Positions 25,501 through 40,200 of a stretch of DNA of 64,000 nucleotides are shown here, one piece after another. The stretch covers positions 248,001 to 312,000 of the forward strand of contig NW_020845533.1 of assembly GCF_003704095.1 (NCBI RefSeq). The letters are read 5' to 3'. The notes below the pieces were generated by a model that ran no database searches, was not told where the DNA came from, and saw only the letters and a list, made by a program, of their open reading frames with translations. A program made the translations under genes and the position numbers. Numbering within the stretch: position 1 is the first letter of the stretch; each line of letters begins with the position of its first letter. This DNA is from Pocillopora damicornis. Its lineage: Eukaryota.

Positions 25501-28500
25501 CACTCACTTGTTGAACATCATTATCTTGCATCCAAGGAGCCATGGACTTCAACGAGGGTAAGATATCGTTCAGCACAACTGCAGCCTTTGAAATAAGGGA
25601 CATAACAGGTTAGCTTCAAACTACAGACAACACTGATTCGCATAACTGCGAGAACTCAACTTGAATTTGTTACCATGAGGTGGCAGGGAGTATGGTTACC
25701 CCTTATGTAGAATGTTGGAAATGTGGGGAACGTTAGGAATGTGGGGGATATGGGAAATATAAGGAAAATAGGGAAAAAAGGAAATGAGGGAACTGAGGGA
25801 ATAGGTGATTAGGGGGGAAGAAAATTATCTTGTTTCTAAAGCTATCTTTACTACTTACCGGATGAATTTTATTCCCAATGTTTTCATTTTCAGGGTCCAA
25901 GCATTTAAACAACACGACAAAGAGCCGGAGGTGAAACTGAAGATTAGCTTTTAGCTCTGCAGTGGGCTGGAGGGAGATGAGAACCGTACCACGTTAACAG
26001 TGCTAGCACCAAAAAATGCAGGTAAAGCATTCATCAAAATAAATGGATGAACAACGATGGGTAAGGAAAATAGTTAGTGCCCCATTCTCTTTTCTTCCAA
26101 ATAATGTTTGTTGAACTTAACACTGAAACTACTTCTAGTAAGGAAAAAAGTTGCTTATTCGTAGTTTATCCACCTTGGAAAATTCAGCTCTAGTGTTGAG
26201 AATCAACCAGCGGTTCATGTGAAGAGTAACAAATGTGTCACACAAACTTCAAAGAGTGCATGACAGTCCGAAATTATGTTACCTGTTGTTGTACTATCTG
26301 AGCCAAGCCTTCCACATAAGGAGTGAATACCGCCTTCACTTGTTCCACTGCACCAGCGGAGTCTTGTACTGACAGCACATGTCCGATGCATTCAACACAG
26401 CGAATTCGCTCTCGCTCCTTTCAACAAAAATTAATTTTGTTAGATGACTTTTCCTTCTCTTATTACATACACGACACTTTCTACATTGCTGATCCCAGCA
26501 AAATACAGGACTTCTGTCAAATATGAACATTTCTATAGAATAACTGACGATAAAGTTCTAAGCAGCTCACCAGTAGATCATCGGCGAGCAACGAGGATCT
26601 GGGGTTTAATTCCTTGCAGGGACACAGAAGTCCGTTTTTATTCTCAGACACTCAATTGTTAAGTTTTCAAGTAGTAAGAGTCTAACGACATCTCAGATTA
26701 CTTCAGACAATAAAGATACATCTACCTCCACAAAACCTTAACTTTTTCCCACTTCAGTGATGTTTTCACGAAAGAATGATTCCACAAAAACAAAGACATT
26801 TACTCTTACCTTCATCACACCTCCTGATAGGCCAGTCTAAATGGGTGTAATAACAATGTGGCTAAGTAACAGAAATATTGAGATTAAATACCGCTAGAAA
26901 AATGAGTATTTGAGGGTCACAGAAATGGGACTCTCGTAACATAGCAACAAAGCAACTGATTACCTGACAGTGCGTCAGAATCTCCATTAAGGACCCGGGC
27001 TCTAAATCCTGGACACACTCTTCACAGATGCCACGCAGGGCTTGGGTAGAAGCTGAGGCGAGATGCACTTGAGACAATCCACCGAGTAATACAGGAAGTA
27101 CTGAGCGAAGATGATCCGGATGACACTTGAGCCATTCTGAGTAGGAACCTAAGAGAATGTGATTTTGTAAAATAAATTAGAACGCATTTCGATTAAGAGT
27201 CGTAAAAAACAAAGCAGTCTTTCGTTTTCTCGTTCTGCTCGATAAGTGTCGTCTCACGGCTCTCTCACGGCTCTCTCGGAAGAGGGTTTCCAAGATTTAT
27301 CGTTTGACGCTCAGCATTTGTAATAATGTAACCTTCTATAATCTGAGCAAATTGCTGGGCAGAAAGGTGAAAATTATGAGGTAAATAAAATGGAAAATTT
27401 TCTTCTAAAAAATTTCCATTCGGGGCGATACCTCTAATCAAGGAACACAAACTTTGGTCCCGTCAGAGAAAAAAAATGGTCTCATAATCTTTGTATGCGT
27501 TCAATTTATTGAAAGGATTCCCCTGTTTGCGGGACACTGCTTCATGTCCCAAGCGTGCCCCTGAAGAGAGGTTTAAATGCTCGGAGAAGATATTACTTTG
27601 ATGTAATATCAGTTCCTCAGATCTCACATTCAAATAAATGTTTAGCAGCCAAGGAGGAGAATCAGGCTTTATACCAGAATAAACCTCATGCACACATACC
27701 AACCATCAGCAGCGCTGTTTGAGAAACGTAAGAATGGGACGGTAGTCTTGGTAACAATGACAGAATAGCGGGAATGAAACTCTCCTCAGTGGGTTCAACA
27801 TACTCAGCAACAGACTGGATCAAATACAAAGTAGCATCTACAGACTGTGAAGAGAAACAACCAAAAATGAAGATAAACCCTTGGACATAGTTTCTGTCGA
27901 AAGCGACCGTTTAATAAAGGGTGACTGCCTTATACAGGTTTGAGTATAACATCGTAAATAGTTTGAACGCGGGGGAAACTTGTGATAGTGTAGTCTGATC
28001 GTTCGGGTGGCTGCAGTTCTGTGAAGAACTGTTATGGGTAGTAGTAACTGACGTTTCAACAACCTGAGCGGAAGTCATGATTGGAGTGATGATGCCATCC
28101 GTTAAGGTTGTTTAAACGTCAGTCACTACAAGCTACAACAGTCCTTCTCAGGACTAACAGGTAATTTAGTGTTAACAACTGAGTTGAAAACGTAAATTAG
28201 CCACCGTAAAGGGTAAAAAAGCTGACGTTTCGAGCGTTAGCCCTTCTTCAGAGCGATTGGACGAATTAAGCTCCACAATACGTCAGCTTTTTTACCCTTT
28301 GCGGTGGCTAATTTACGTTTTCAACTCAGTTGTTAACACTAAATTACCTGTTATACTCTCCCACCGACACAGCACCACAGTTTCTTTAGAAATTTAACCC
28401 CTTTATTCACTTCTCAGGACTACACTCACCCGGACGATCAATCCACAATATTACACAAATACAGCAACCTAAAAATGAGGAATAATTTTTGGTCTCGTAA

Positions 28501-31500
28501 AGTAGTCACTTTCCTTATGGATCGCGACGTTGCGCCAATCACAGTTGTAGCAAATGAACCGATCACAGCTGTTGCATACAAGCCAATCACAGCTGTAGCA
28601 AACAAACCAATCACAGCTGTAGAGAACAAGCCGATCACAACTAGACGCTGGGTGACGTGTATTCAGTCGACCTTATCGTCTGGAGAAGACCCGTAGTAAG
28701 CAGTCCAAACACCACGAATCTCATCAAAAGTGACCATAATTTCATTGTGAGACATACGAATAGAGCTCCTTATAATTTTCATATCTTAGGAATGAAAGGA
28801 TGACGCAATGAAGAAAGAAGTTACCAACAAGCTACTTTCGAGTATATTGCATTTGAGCCTATTGAAGCTCTCTCAAATTTTGCTTTAAAAATTAAAAGTA
28901 AAATTAATTTTACTGTACTTATACAAACCTGCCAAGAAGGCTGTGTCTCTCCTGCTAACAATTCTGACAACATATGGTACAGTTGTTGTAAACAGTGACC
29001 TCTCAATAAACAATAAACATACATCTAAAAAAAAAACACGAATAGTCTGTTAAAGTATTCCTCCTCAAGACCAAGAAATCAAGTAATTCCACATTCTGAT
29101 TTAACTTTTCTTTTTAATCATACGAAGTCAATGTTTACACGAAACAATTCTCTGATCACTATCCTAAACACAAAAAGACTTAGATGGAGATGCTGCATAG
29201 CCCACATACTCGAAGTTTTAATATCCAGTTCCCATTACACAAAGTGACTATACTGGGCCCAGTTGTTTGAAGGTCGATTAACGCCAACCCTGGGTTAAAT
29301 TTTAATCCAGGTTTCATTATTTCGTTGTTCAAAAACCATTTAGGGAAAATTTTCCCTATTCTTTTCATAACATCCAATGATCAAATTGCAAGAAAAAAGA
29401 TTTGAACTGAATTTTCTTTTCAAGCTTTCAGACCTGAAATCAAATTTCGCACTTACCCCAGGTTATCTTAACCCAGCTTTGAACAAATCGGGCCTGGACG
29501 GAATGCTAGTCAATACAAAAATTATAAGAATAACATGTGCTAACCAAAGTATCAGCTATGTCCTGTCTGTAGCATCTAAACTGCTCTTTCTCGTCTAATA
29601 AAAACAACAAATCAACCAAAATTATGGCATTAGGCAGATATCTCAATTCTGATACTTCTTAATGTTTGAAATTTTATTCCAATTAGTACATCAGTAGCAA
29701 TTCGTTCCTTGTTCTTTCATTTCCTCTAACCTTTAACACCCATGAGTGACCAAGAGAGAATTTCTCCTTACAATATCAATACAGTATCACCCAGATAAAT
29801 AATGAGAACAAAGAAAAAGATCAATTTTTTTGGTTGACAGTAAGGAGAACTACAAATTTGATCTGAGAGTTCAACAAGTTATCAAACATTACTGGTGTCC
29901 TCAGAAGAACAGACCGGTGGCACAGAAAAGAGATGAAATTTCCAAAAGATATTTGGATCACCGTCAGTATCCTTAGCAACTGTCCACCTACCCCTCCCCT
30001 AACCCAAAAGAGTTGACTGATAACAAGTCAGGGTTAATGTCGGGTTAGGGGAGAGGTAGGTGCGTAGTTGCTCAGATACTGACATTAATCCAAATATCCT
30101 TGGACCAATAGTTAATATTTATTCAAAGAAACTGCATACGAGAGTGATAATTATTAAGGCCAAAGTTCATATTATCTGCTAGGGCTTAAGACTGAGGTAG
30201 ATAACATAAACAAAGGTCTTGATAACCGCATCCCACGCTCACAAATTCTCAAAACTCTCCAAACTTTCTCAGGTTTTAAACAGGCTAAGAAACACAGAAA
30301 AGAGTCCTTTATTCAACTGTTGTTCAAAAGACTAAGATAAAAATCCTTTTCTCTTTTCTTACCTGAAGAAAATCCTTGCCAGACATTTTCTGGAGGATAT
30401 TGAACCTTCCTCATAAACACCTTGAGCAAAAAGTCAAAAGAATATGTAAAGTAAAATTTACTTTGATAACAAGTTTGTGTTGATTGAAAAATTGGAAAAA
30501 TTCTTCATGGAAAACTGAAAGTAATCCAAGGTAAGCTTTGTTCAACTTGAATATGATTAGCTAATTCTAAAAAACTTTTGCTACCCTTAACCAATCAGAT
30601 ATACAATGCAAGTCAATCCTGAGCTTCAAACAGTTGGCAGGTTTTTCTTTCTAAATTCTCCTAACACTTTAGGTTTGGTTTTACAAACCCCAACTACAAT
30701 GGCTTTATTATGCAACAGCTCATGTTTACAGTATAACATTCCAAACATTGGAATGGAACGTCAACTTACCCTGTCAAGACAAGTTACCTTGACACTTCAT
30801 AAGGATGTACATGCATCATACACTTAACCCTTTAACTCCCATGAGTGACCAAGACAGAATTTCTCCTTACAATATCAGTACAATATCAACCAGATAACTG
30901 ATGAGAATTAAGAAAATATCAATTTGGGGATAATTAGTTGATTCAATACTTAATTCTCTGAACTAACATGATAAGAATTGTATGGTTGACAGAAAGGAGA
31001 ATTACAAATTTGATCTGGGAGTTAAATACTTTAACCCTCTCACCCCAAGATATTGTTCGTAATTCTCTTTACTGTCTTCCATACAATTCATATGAGGTAA
31101 GTTAGGAGAACTTGGTACTGGATCCACTAATAATCCACTGATTGATATTCTCGTTTCTTGTCTGCTTGATATTGTATTGATAATGCAAGGAGAAATTCTG
31201 TCTTAGTCACTAATGTGAGTAAAAGGCTCAGGAGCAAAGTGTCTTCTCAGAGAATACACCATAATGACCTCAGCTAAAGGCTTAAAATCAGGGCCACATA
31301 TCACTGTCTGCAACACATTTTTTGCAATGGTATTTCTAAGAATTTACAGTTAAATCAAATAAACAGTATCCTCCATTTGACATTTTTTCAATTGTCATCA
31401 TCTTTCAGCCTGGCAGGAGAATTTAATTGATTTGTCTTCCCAAGGTGTGTAAGGATAACCCTGTTGGTGACCCCATGACTAACACTTCCAAAAAAGGGAA

Positions 31501-34500
31501 AAAAAACTGACACAAGCACTTGATGCAGCTAATGATTTCTGAGTCACAGCAGTTTTACAGAGGTTGTAATCAACAATACAGACCTGACACAGAGATAACA
31601 AGACAGGTCCATACATGGCTTTGTGTTTCTCCATGGTACTAGGTTCTTCTGAACTGATGTCATCCTGAATGTGGAGAAAGAAAAAGTTTCAAGCAAGAAG
31701 AAAAGTTTCATGTACACAATCATATTTTTCCTTCACCCTATTTATTACTAACTTGTGGATTGGTGAACCCAAAGTTAACTTAAATAAAGTCAAAGATAAG
31801 CACAGAGGGATCACATTTTCCATTGTATTACACTTGGAACCACTGCACTCAACTATCCTTCTTGGTGATGAAGCTTTTGAGCTTTTAACCCTTTAACTCC
31901 CAGATCAAATTTGTCATTCTCCTCACTTTCAACCAGACAATTCTTGTGATGTTAGTTCAGAGAATTTAGTATTGGATCAACTAATTATCCCCAAACTGAT
32001 ATTTTTCTTTATTCTTGTCACTTATCTAGTTGATCTTGTATCAATATTGTAAGGAGAAATTCTGTCTTGGTCACTATGGGAGTGAAAGGGTTAAGTTGAC
32101 AGGAAAATGATAGATCTTAAAAGATCTATCATTCTGTCAACTCTATACTGGTTGTATTAGGACATTAATAATCCTAGCAGTATGCAAGACCTCTGTAACA
32201 TGTGAACCTTCTTTGGCAGGGGTATCAATAACTTTTTTCATCAGCGGCTGCCAATGCTGTAAAAGGCTGCTGTGCCTCTAGGAATAACCCAAACACAAAA
32301 GCCTGATCACAGGCTAACCTTTACTGCAGGAGGGAAATGCCAAATTTTTCTATAATGAGAGTGATGAACCATTGGACCACATATCATATATCATTTTAAA
32401 GGTATTTTTGGGGTATGCTATTAATTACACCCAACAGGTTTGGAGAAGGTAACTGAAAAGTGTCCAAAGTGAAAGATTAAAAACATTGAAATTTTTTTGT
32501 TTGCCTCATACATATACCACTAGACTGTAGCTTAAATTGCAGCTCTCAGAGCATTGATTGTTGTGAGATATCACCTTGACCAAAACAGTACAAAGACAAT
32601 GAGTTACTAAAGTTGCACAGATGGTAAATCAAGTCTTAGATTGGAGGGGCCATGATTTTATGCCCTCAATGTGCAGATCTTTAACAACCTTCTAGTTGTG
32701 AAAAATTTCAGAAAAATTGATTAAATATTGAGCATGTAATAGCATCTTGTGCCATATAGCACTCTTGGGCATTAATGGGCCACAGAGGGCAATAAGAGAT
32801 CTTACAGGCAGTGAAAGGCCACCAGTAACTGGCTATTGATGAAACCCCAGCTGTAGTATATGGCTGCATTTGCCACCAATTTCTTTGTAAATCTCCTACA
32901 GAGCATTCAACTAGACCTGGCTGAAGCAAATCCAAACCAGGGACTAAGACATTTCTCTCTCATGACAATTGTTTGGTGATACATATTTCTTTTATAGCAT
33001 TCAAAAGAATGCATCATGTATTCTATCAATACAAACAAATAAGATGTAAAAAATGACATTTTAGAGTGAAAGAGGACATGCCTGTAGAGTATACCAAAAG
33101 TTGAATGTGATCTCACTACACTGCTCATCCACAGGATACCAGCCTGGGGCACCTGTACATTCCTACAAATGAAAATACCACCAAACAAAAAAATTATGAA
33201 TCGTATAATAATATGAAATACTACTAGTTTTTGACTAAAGGTTTTAAGATTGAAGCACAGAAGCTTCTGAGGGTATGATTACATCTCCATCAGTAATGCA
33301 AGTTCTTATCTCTATTCAACCCTTTAACACCTAGAAGCAATTAACATGTAACTTCTCCCTATTACATGTATATCCAAACACTATCCAGTAAACAGGTAAT
33401 GCAAATACTCAAACTTATTGGGTAGAAATTGTTATGATCTTAATCTAACACCAAATTCTCGAAAGTACTTTACAAGGAAATGTGTAACAGCAAGAGGGAA
33501 GAAGTAACAATCTGGTTCTGTATGTTCGAAGGTTAGATAACACTATCCACTGAATAAATCACTTTATGGTGGACAGCGCTATACCTTTTGCTACCACTTA
33601 TCTGCCAGATAGTGATTGATCCTTCAGATAGCATTATTCACCCTTTTTACAACTGGGCTCAGGAAACGAAAGGGTTGAGGCTAGATAATGATAGCTAATT
33701 GCACTTTATTCTGGTAAATCCAAGGTCAAGAATGAACAGACAGCTGTACAATCATGTACAGCTATACTATAGTCCTATTTCAAGTAAATACAGCCGTAAG
33801 TAAGAACTTCTCAGATGAATTTGTACTGCCCCTTGTCTCTGCTTCAGAGTATCTCCAGTTATTTTCTTGGCTATGCAGATGTATTTCTACATTGCATTCC
33901 CTTACAAACTGAGTGCACAGTGGAGTGGATGGGAAACAATATTCCTTTTGGACAAAATACTGGGCAATACAGGGGAGCAAAATGTTGTTACACACTGTAA
34001 TTCAAGAAACTTTAACCACATAATGAGGACTGCAGTTGTTGCCATTCTTTCAATAATGTACTTATCCTCACCAATAATAACTGCACAAGTGTGAATCCTT
34101 GCAATTCTTTTTCTTCACTATCAGCTGACAAGAGCAACTTTAAATGTGTCTCAGCTAATGACACCATAACCCGACATAAACCTCTAGATGTATCCTGGAG
34201 AAATTAAAAAAAAAGAGAGCAAATTAATTAGGAAGCTATATGTGAATCAATTGTCTTTTACTCTCAGATCTACATTAAAACCAAAATTAATCTACTCACC
34301 ACATCTCCTGACTGCAAAGCTGTTCTTAAAGATTCACTGAGAGTCAGAACACTTGACACAAAATTCCACATATAACTAGGATATCTAAATTAAGAAAAAA
34401 AAAACATATAAAATTTCAGTCAAACCTGTACTAAGCAGCACTGTATAATCCTTTAAACCCTAAGAGTGACCAACATCTAGTTTCTCCTTACAATATTACT

Positions 34501-36958
34501 GCTAAAACATTCATCAAGATCATGAGAATAAAGGAAATGATCGCCAACCGAAGAAGCATTGATCTTCAAATAAATTCTCCTTGTCCATATCAAAAGAAAA
34601 ATACAGAGGTGAGTATGGAGAATATAGAGACTGATGTTAGGGTGTAAAGAATTTGGTAGTCATTCCCTGTTAGGTGGTCCATTTTCAAAGTCCAGAAGTT
34701 GTTACATAATTTTCACCTCTATTAAGCGGTTGCCGTCACCCTTAACTGAGTCCCAATTTTTTTTGTATTGTCCTCCACCTGTATTGAATGGTCACTTAAT
34801 GTAGAACCACTCAAATAAAATTGAGAATTATCTTTCAAGTAAATTTTAATCCATTTTTATCTCCAGAAATCAATGTTAGTAGTATTTTGGAGCAAGTTTT
34901 TATACATTAAGTAGCCAACATGGTCAATTAAGGCATAAAACAGCAATTTTTATTGGTTTTTAAAATACCCCTATTCCGTGGGACCTGTGTGAAGCAGACA
35001 TGTAAAGCGGCCAGCCACAAATTCCCTGTGGGTGACCGCTTAATACAGGCTCATCTCTACACTTCAGTTCACTATTAACAGTGGGAAATGCTGTGGCTTG
35101 CAGTTCAAGTGCTAGACTCTGGATTGAGAGGCCTGGGTTCATTAGACTTGGCCAGGCCACTGTGTTGTGTTCTTAGTAAAAGACTTTCCTCTCCCCATGC
35201 CTCTCTCCACCCAGGATTATAAATGGGTACTGGTACTGAGTATCTTTGTGATGGAGAAGCATCCCATCCAGGGGGGAGTAGTACCACTTTAGTGCACTGG
35301 ACACACTAAGAAAAGTTTTACAGTGCTTGCTTACTTCATTCCAGAAGGATGAGTGGCCACCTCAACTATCAAGTCGACACTGGTATCAAATAACTCAGGA
35401 TTGTGAATTGATTCAAACACAAGAGGCAGGGTGTCGCCAAGGTCAGAGATAGTTACACCAAACTGGACCCAACTGATCATACACTTCAGAGCCTGTGTTG
35501 TACAAAACAGACAAACATCATTTATAACATTTTGTCAACAAACTCAAGCTTCACCACCTCTATTATCCCAAAGTATACTTTTGCCATAATCGTAGCATCA
35601 TCCAGAATGAAAATATTGAGGAGCTGCAGCCAGGATAAGACATTGTCAAGATTTTAATAAAAATCTCTGGTTAAAATGATTTAAAAAATTATAAACTTTC
35701 CACTGCCTAAACCACAGTCTTTGATGAGTGAAATGTGAATAACAAGGAATGAAAAAAATTTGAATATAAAAGTGTGAAATTGTGAAATAACAATACAAAT
35801 GATTATGAATGTTTGTACAAAAGAATGTTGTAGTAGACATGAACTACTGTCCACATAGGTAGTCAGTTTGGTCAATTACTATCATGCAGAATGCTTGTCA
35901 CTTTAACCCTTTAACTCCCAAGATCTGGTTGTTAATTCTCTCCTCTTGCTGCTACACAATTCCTTGTAAATTAGTGACAAGAATTTGGTGTAAGATCATG
36001 ATAAAAACTTCTCCCTGATAAGTTTGAGTATTCTCATTAACCATTTGTCAGAAAATGTATGAATATCATAGAGAGCAGTTACATGTTAGTCACTTCTAGG
36101 AGTTGAAGGGTCAACAACTTAACTCACAGAAGTGACTACAGTAACATGTATCTTCTCATCTTTGCAAATCAAAAGTTTTGTATTGAATCAATTAAAATTG
36201 TGCACTTAAACTTGACACAGCTAAGCTGTTTTTCCTGTCTACCTTGGTTGGGAATTTCATCTTAAAACAGCTTTAGATTACAAATAACTAAATACCTGTT
36301 GTCTAACTTGTATTGCCTGAGATGATAACAAATTATGATGAATGACTTGAAGAACTGCAAAAACAAAAACATCCTTTGGAACCAAACCAGGAGTATACAG
36401 TCAGTAGATTCCAACTGTTACTAGCATACACTCTACATAACACAGAGCAGAGTATATTTAATACTGTGGAAAACATAATAACTGTTACACAACATTCAGA
36501 GGCATACACTATACTTATAATCACACTTCTTTAATGGAATGACTAGTAACACTTCAAAACTGCCTTGAATAGTACCTTGAGACACTCCATTCTGCAGTTC
36601 TCCTCTAAGAGCTAATTTTCTTCCAGGTGGAAAATCTCCTGAGTGAAACTATACAAGGAAAATCACTAATTAATTTGCTATGATGAAGGGCTATATTTGA
36701 AACATCAGATTTAGGAAATCTTTACTGTGGCCAATTAAATCAGATGATAAAATCAAATTATCTTTTAATACCCCACTGACATAGCACCACAGTTCCTTTA
36801 AAAACTTTGCCCCTTTACTGGAGTGTGACTCGCTTTGGTTTGAGAAAAAGAGAGTGGGCTCTCTCAGCTACTCAGAAATTGTCCTCCTAATTAGTAAAGC
36901 TTTACACTTGGCTATAAGATTGAGATTCAAATCAAGATATTATTATTATTATTATTAT

Positions 36959-36991
<33 letters not shown>

Positions 36992-37164
36992 TATTATTAC
37001 TTTCATTACTGAATTGAAAATTGCCCTTTGATAAGGATTTGTTATAAAGATCTAACCTCCTCTGGCAACACTGTAAGAACTTCCAGCATAGCCATGGACC
37101 ACATTCCATTCTGAAAGCATTGATAAGGATAGTTTGTTCATTCATTTTTAATTAATAAATACAT

Positions 37165-37201
<37 letters not shown>

Positions 37202-40200
37202 GCAAAGGAATGTGCAGAATATACCACGACAATATACTGTGTAGCAGTGCAAAAGAACCAGCAGAAACAATCCACACAATCTTTGATTCCTTTTCCATTT
37301 TTTAGGCAATATTTTTTTCAGCAACAAACTTCAAAGCCAACAAGAATTCTTTTCAAGTCATCAAAAACACTTCACTGGTTTTTTTGTGTGTTTTTCTACT
37401 TTCAAGCAAGCCTTATGCAATTGGTACACTGCTCAGATAAGAACGTAAAGAGTTTTCAAAACTTGAGGCCAAAAGACTAAAAACTGAAATAATAGTGGAA
37501 TGAAAAATACCTCAGTGGTGGTTTCACATAATTATAATATAGGGGACATTTTTTAATTTTTTCACACCCATGGGGGTTGGAAAATTACTACACAACTCAC
37601 AAAAGATCTGTGCATATTATACATAATGTAAGTTAAAACATCAAACGAGATGCATGTAAATGTAATAGGCTGAATTATACATGCATGCATCTTGAATGGT
37701 AGTTATAATTTATATGAACTATAGTGATGGATAGATGCATCGATGATGTCAACATCTAGCATCTGGTTTCTCCTTACAATATCACCCCTGAATCACACAT
37801 AAAGGACATGAGAATAAAGGAAATGATCAACAACTAGAGAAGCTCTTGATTCTCAAATGAATTCTCCTTGTCAGTTCCATAGGAATGTATATAGGTCAGT
37901 GTAGAGGATATGCATACTGATGTTTGGGTGTAAAGGGTCAAGTGTTACTATGATAATACTTGGCATTACCAAGAACATACCTGTGATGAGCCTCCTGCAT
38001 TCTGTAGTGTAGTAATAATATCACTTATTGCATTTGACCAATATTCTGGCATCGTATTGAGGGCAAACGCTCCAAGCTTTAACAGAAAAAGAAAAGAAAT
38101 TCGTGCAAAATTAGGAATTGAGTCACAGTGTACACGTGTATCTAACTAAACTCAGGCAGTTGTCATCACAATGGTAAAATCTAGGCATACATTAGGCTCA
38201 AGGAAAGAAATTTTCCTCCCTCTAACAAAGTGTTTTTGCATGTCTTTCAATGAGTTCTTTAAGCCTGCAGAAGATTTATAATCCTAAGCCCAGTTTTTCA
38301 AAGGGTGGATAACGGTATCTACAGATAAATTGCTATCCAGTGGATAAGTATTAATCTGAAAGTGGACTCTGCTATTCAACTGATCAAGATTTGTGCAGTG
38401 GCTAGCATTATACACCCTTCGAACAACCAGAGCCTGGTTTATATACTATAGTCCACTATTACCCATTTCTACTCATACATAGAGAATTGCATTCTAAGAA
38501 ATGCTGACTGTAGATGGAAAAGCCATGTGTTCCTTGATTCAAAATATCTTTCTCACAATGTCCTCTCTATCACGGAGTAGAAATTGGTACTGACAAACTG
38601 TCCCTAAATACTTACAGCAACACAGAGCCTTGTAAGAACAATCCTTGGTCCAGGGGAAAATGTGAAAATGTGTTTAAAAAGTTCTGATCGTAAGTCATTG
38701 TAATGTTCTTCTTGAAGTTCCCCCCTGAAGATAAACAAAATAATGGTTCCAAAAAATGTACATGTGTACCCAGAAGTCTTGACACTCTAACTGCCATGAA
38801 TAACCAAGATAGAATTTCTCCTCACAGTATTAATAAAAATCAAGCAGGCTAGTGATGAGAATAAAGAAAGGGGATTTCTAGTTGACCAGATAACGAATTC
38901 TCCAGACTACAGTAACTTCATAGGAATTGTATAGCAGACAGTAAGGAGAATTTACTGATGAGATCTTGGGAGTGAAATGGTTAAACCAGATATCCATAAG
39001 GTAGGAACAAAGCATTAGGACATCCAGAAAGACAGGGGGGAGGGGAATAAGTTTCTGGTGTAATGGATGAGTTTGAGTGCTTCAAAAAAAACTAATCATA
39101 AAAGAATCATTTAATAACTAACCAGTTCTTGGCAATCTTGAAGTAAAGCATTGAAGCACCAAAAAACTGAATTTCTGGAGGCTATAACAAAATAAAGACA
39201 AATAAAATAATGCAATAAATCAAGTGTATGAATTCGTAACTTAACCATGAATGATAAATTATACCATAAACCCTAAGATGATCCTCTTAGAAAGAAACTT
39301 CTCAGAATCTTGAACTTCACTAGAGAAGGGAAGAGGGTTAGGGTGTAAAGGTTTAACCTTAAACTCCTGTGAGTGACCAAGAGAGAATTTCCCCTTACAA
39401 TATCAATACAATATCAAGCAGACAAATGATGAGAATAAAGAAAAATATAAATTAGGGGATTATTGGTTAATCCAATACCAAATTCACCAAAACTAAGATC
39501 ATAAGAACTGTATGGCAGACAGTAAAGAGAATTACTAATGAGATCTAGAGAGTTAATGGGTTAAGTTTTAGATGAGGGGTTAATAAGAGACTGCAACCTG
39601 ATAGAGAAGGGGGAAGAAATGGGGCATTTGCAATAATCTGGGAATTAAATAGTGTATAGAACACTTAGGATCAGTAATTTAGACAAGGTTTGACCCAAAC
39701 TGCCGTTTTACATTTTAAGAGGGTTGTTTTCGTGAAATAAATGTCCTTCTACTGCTAGCTTTCTTGACACTGTTCACAAGAATGAATGTCCAGATAAAAG
39801 ATTCAGCTAAATTCAAGAAAGTTTAGAACACAGTTTTGTTACACAACAGCTAAACTTTGTTAAAATAACCAGCCCTTGTTATTTATAAATAAGCTAATAA
39901 TGTTAACCCATGTGGGATATTGGGAGAAGACAAGAAAAGTTTGTAACTCATGAAGAAGTATCCCATGCGTATTATTATAACAAACAATAAAAAGTGCAGT
40001 CTGTTGCTGTAATGAAATAACTATGGGTTTACAGGTGCAATAAACGATAGGTTGTTGACCAGGCAATCAATACACTCACAATATCTTGGTGCCTTGGACA
40101 AAATTCTCGAGGTTAAACATGTTATTGTTTCAAGAATCGACAAAATTATACCTTATCAGTCTGCATGAGTCTCCAACACAATTGCCATGCCTGATGTGAT

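Noticed and set aside
28438-28696. Repetitive ORFs (PITAVANK / AVIGLFAT) and a CRISPR-like look
   Set aside because: They arise from a 24-bp tandem repeat with no unique spacers, no cas genes and no splice support.
36927-37145. Poly-Asn ORF
   Set aside because: Translation of a (TTA)n microsatellite, partly overlapping a real IPO13 exon in another frame.
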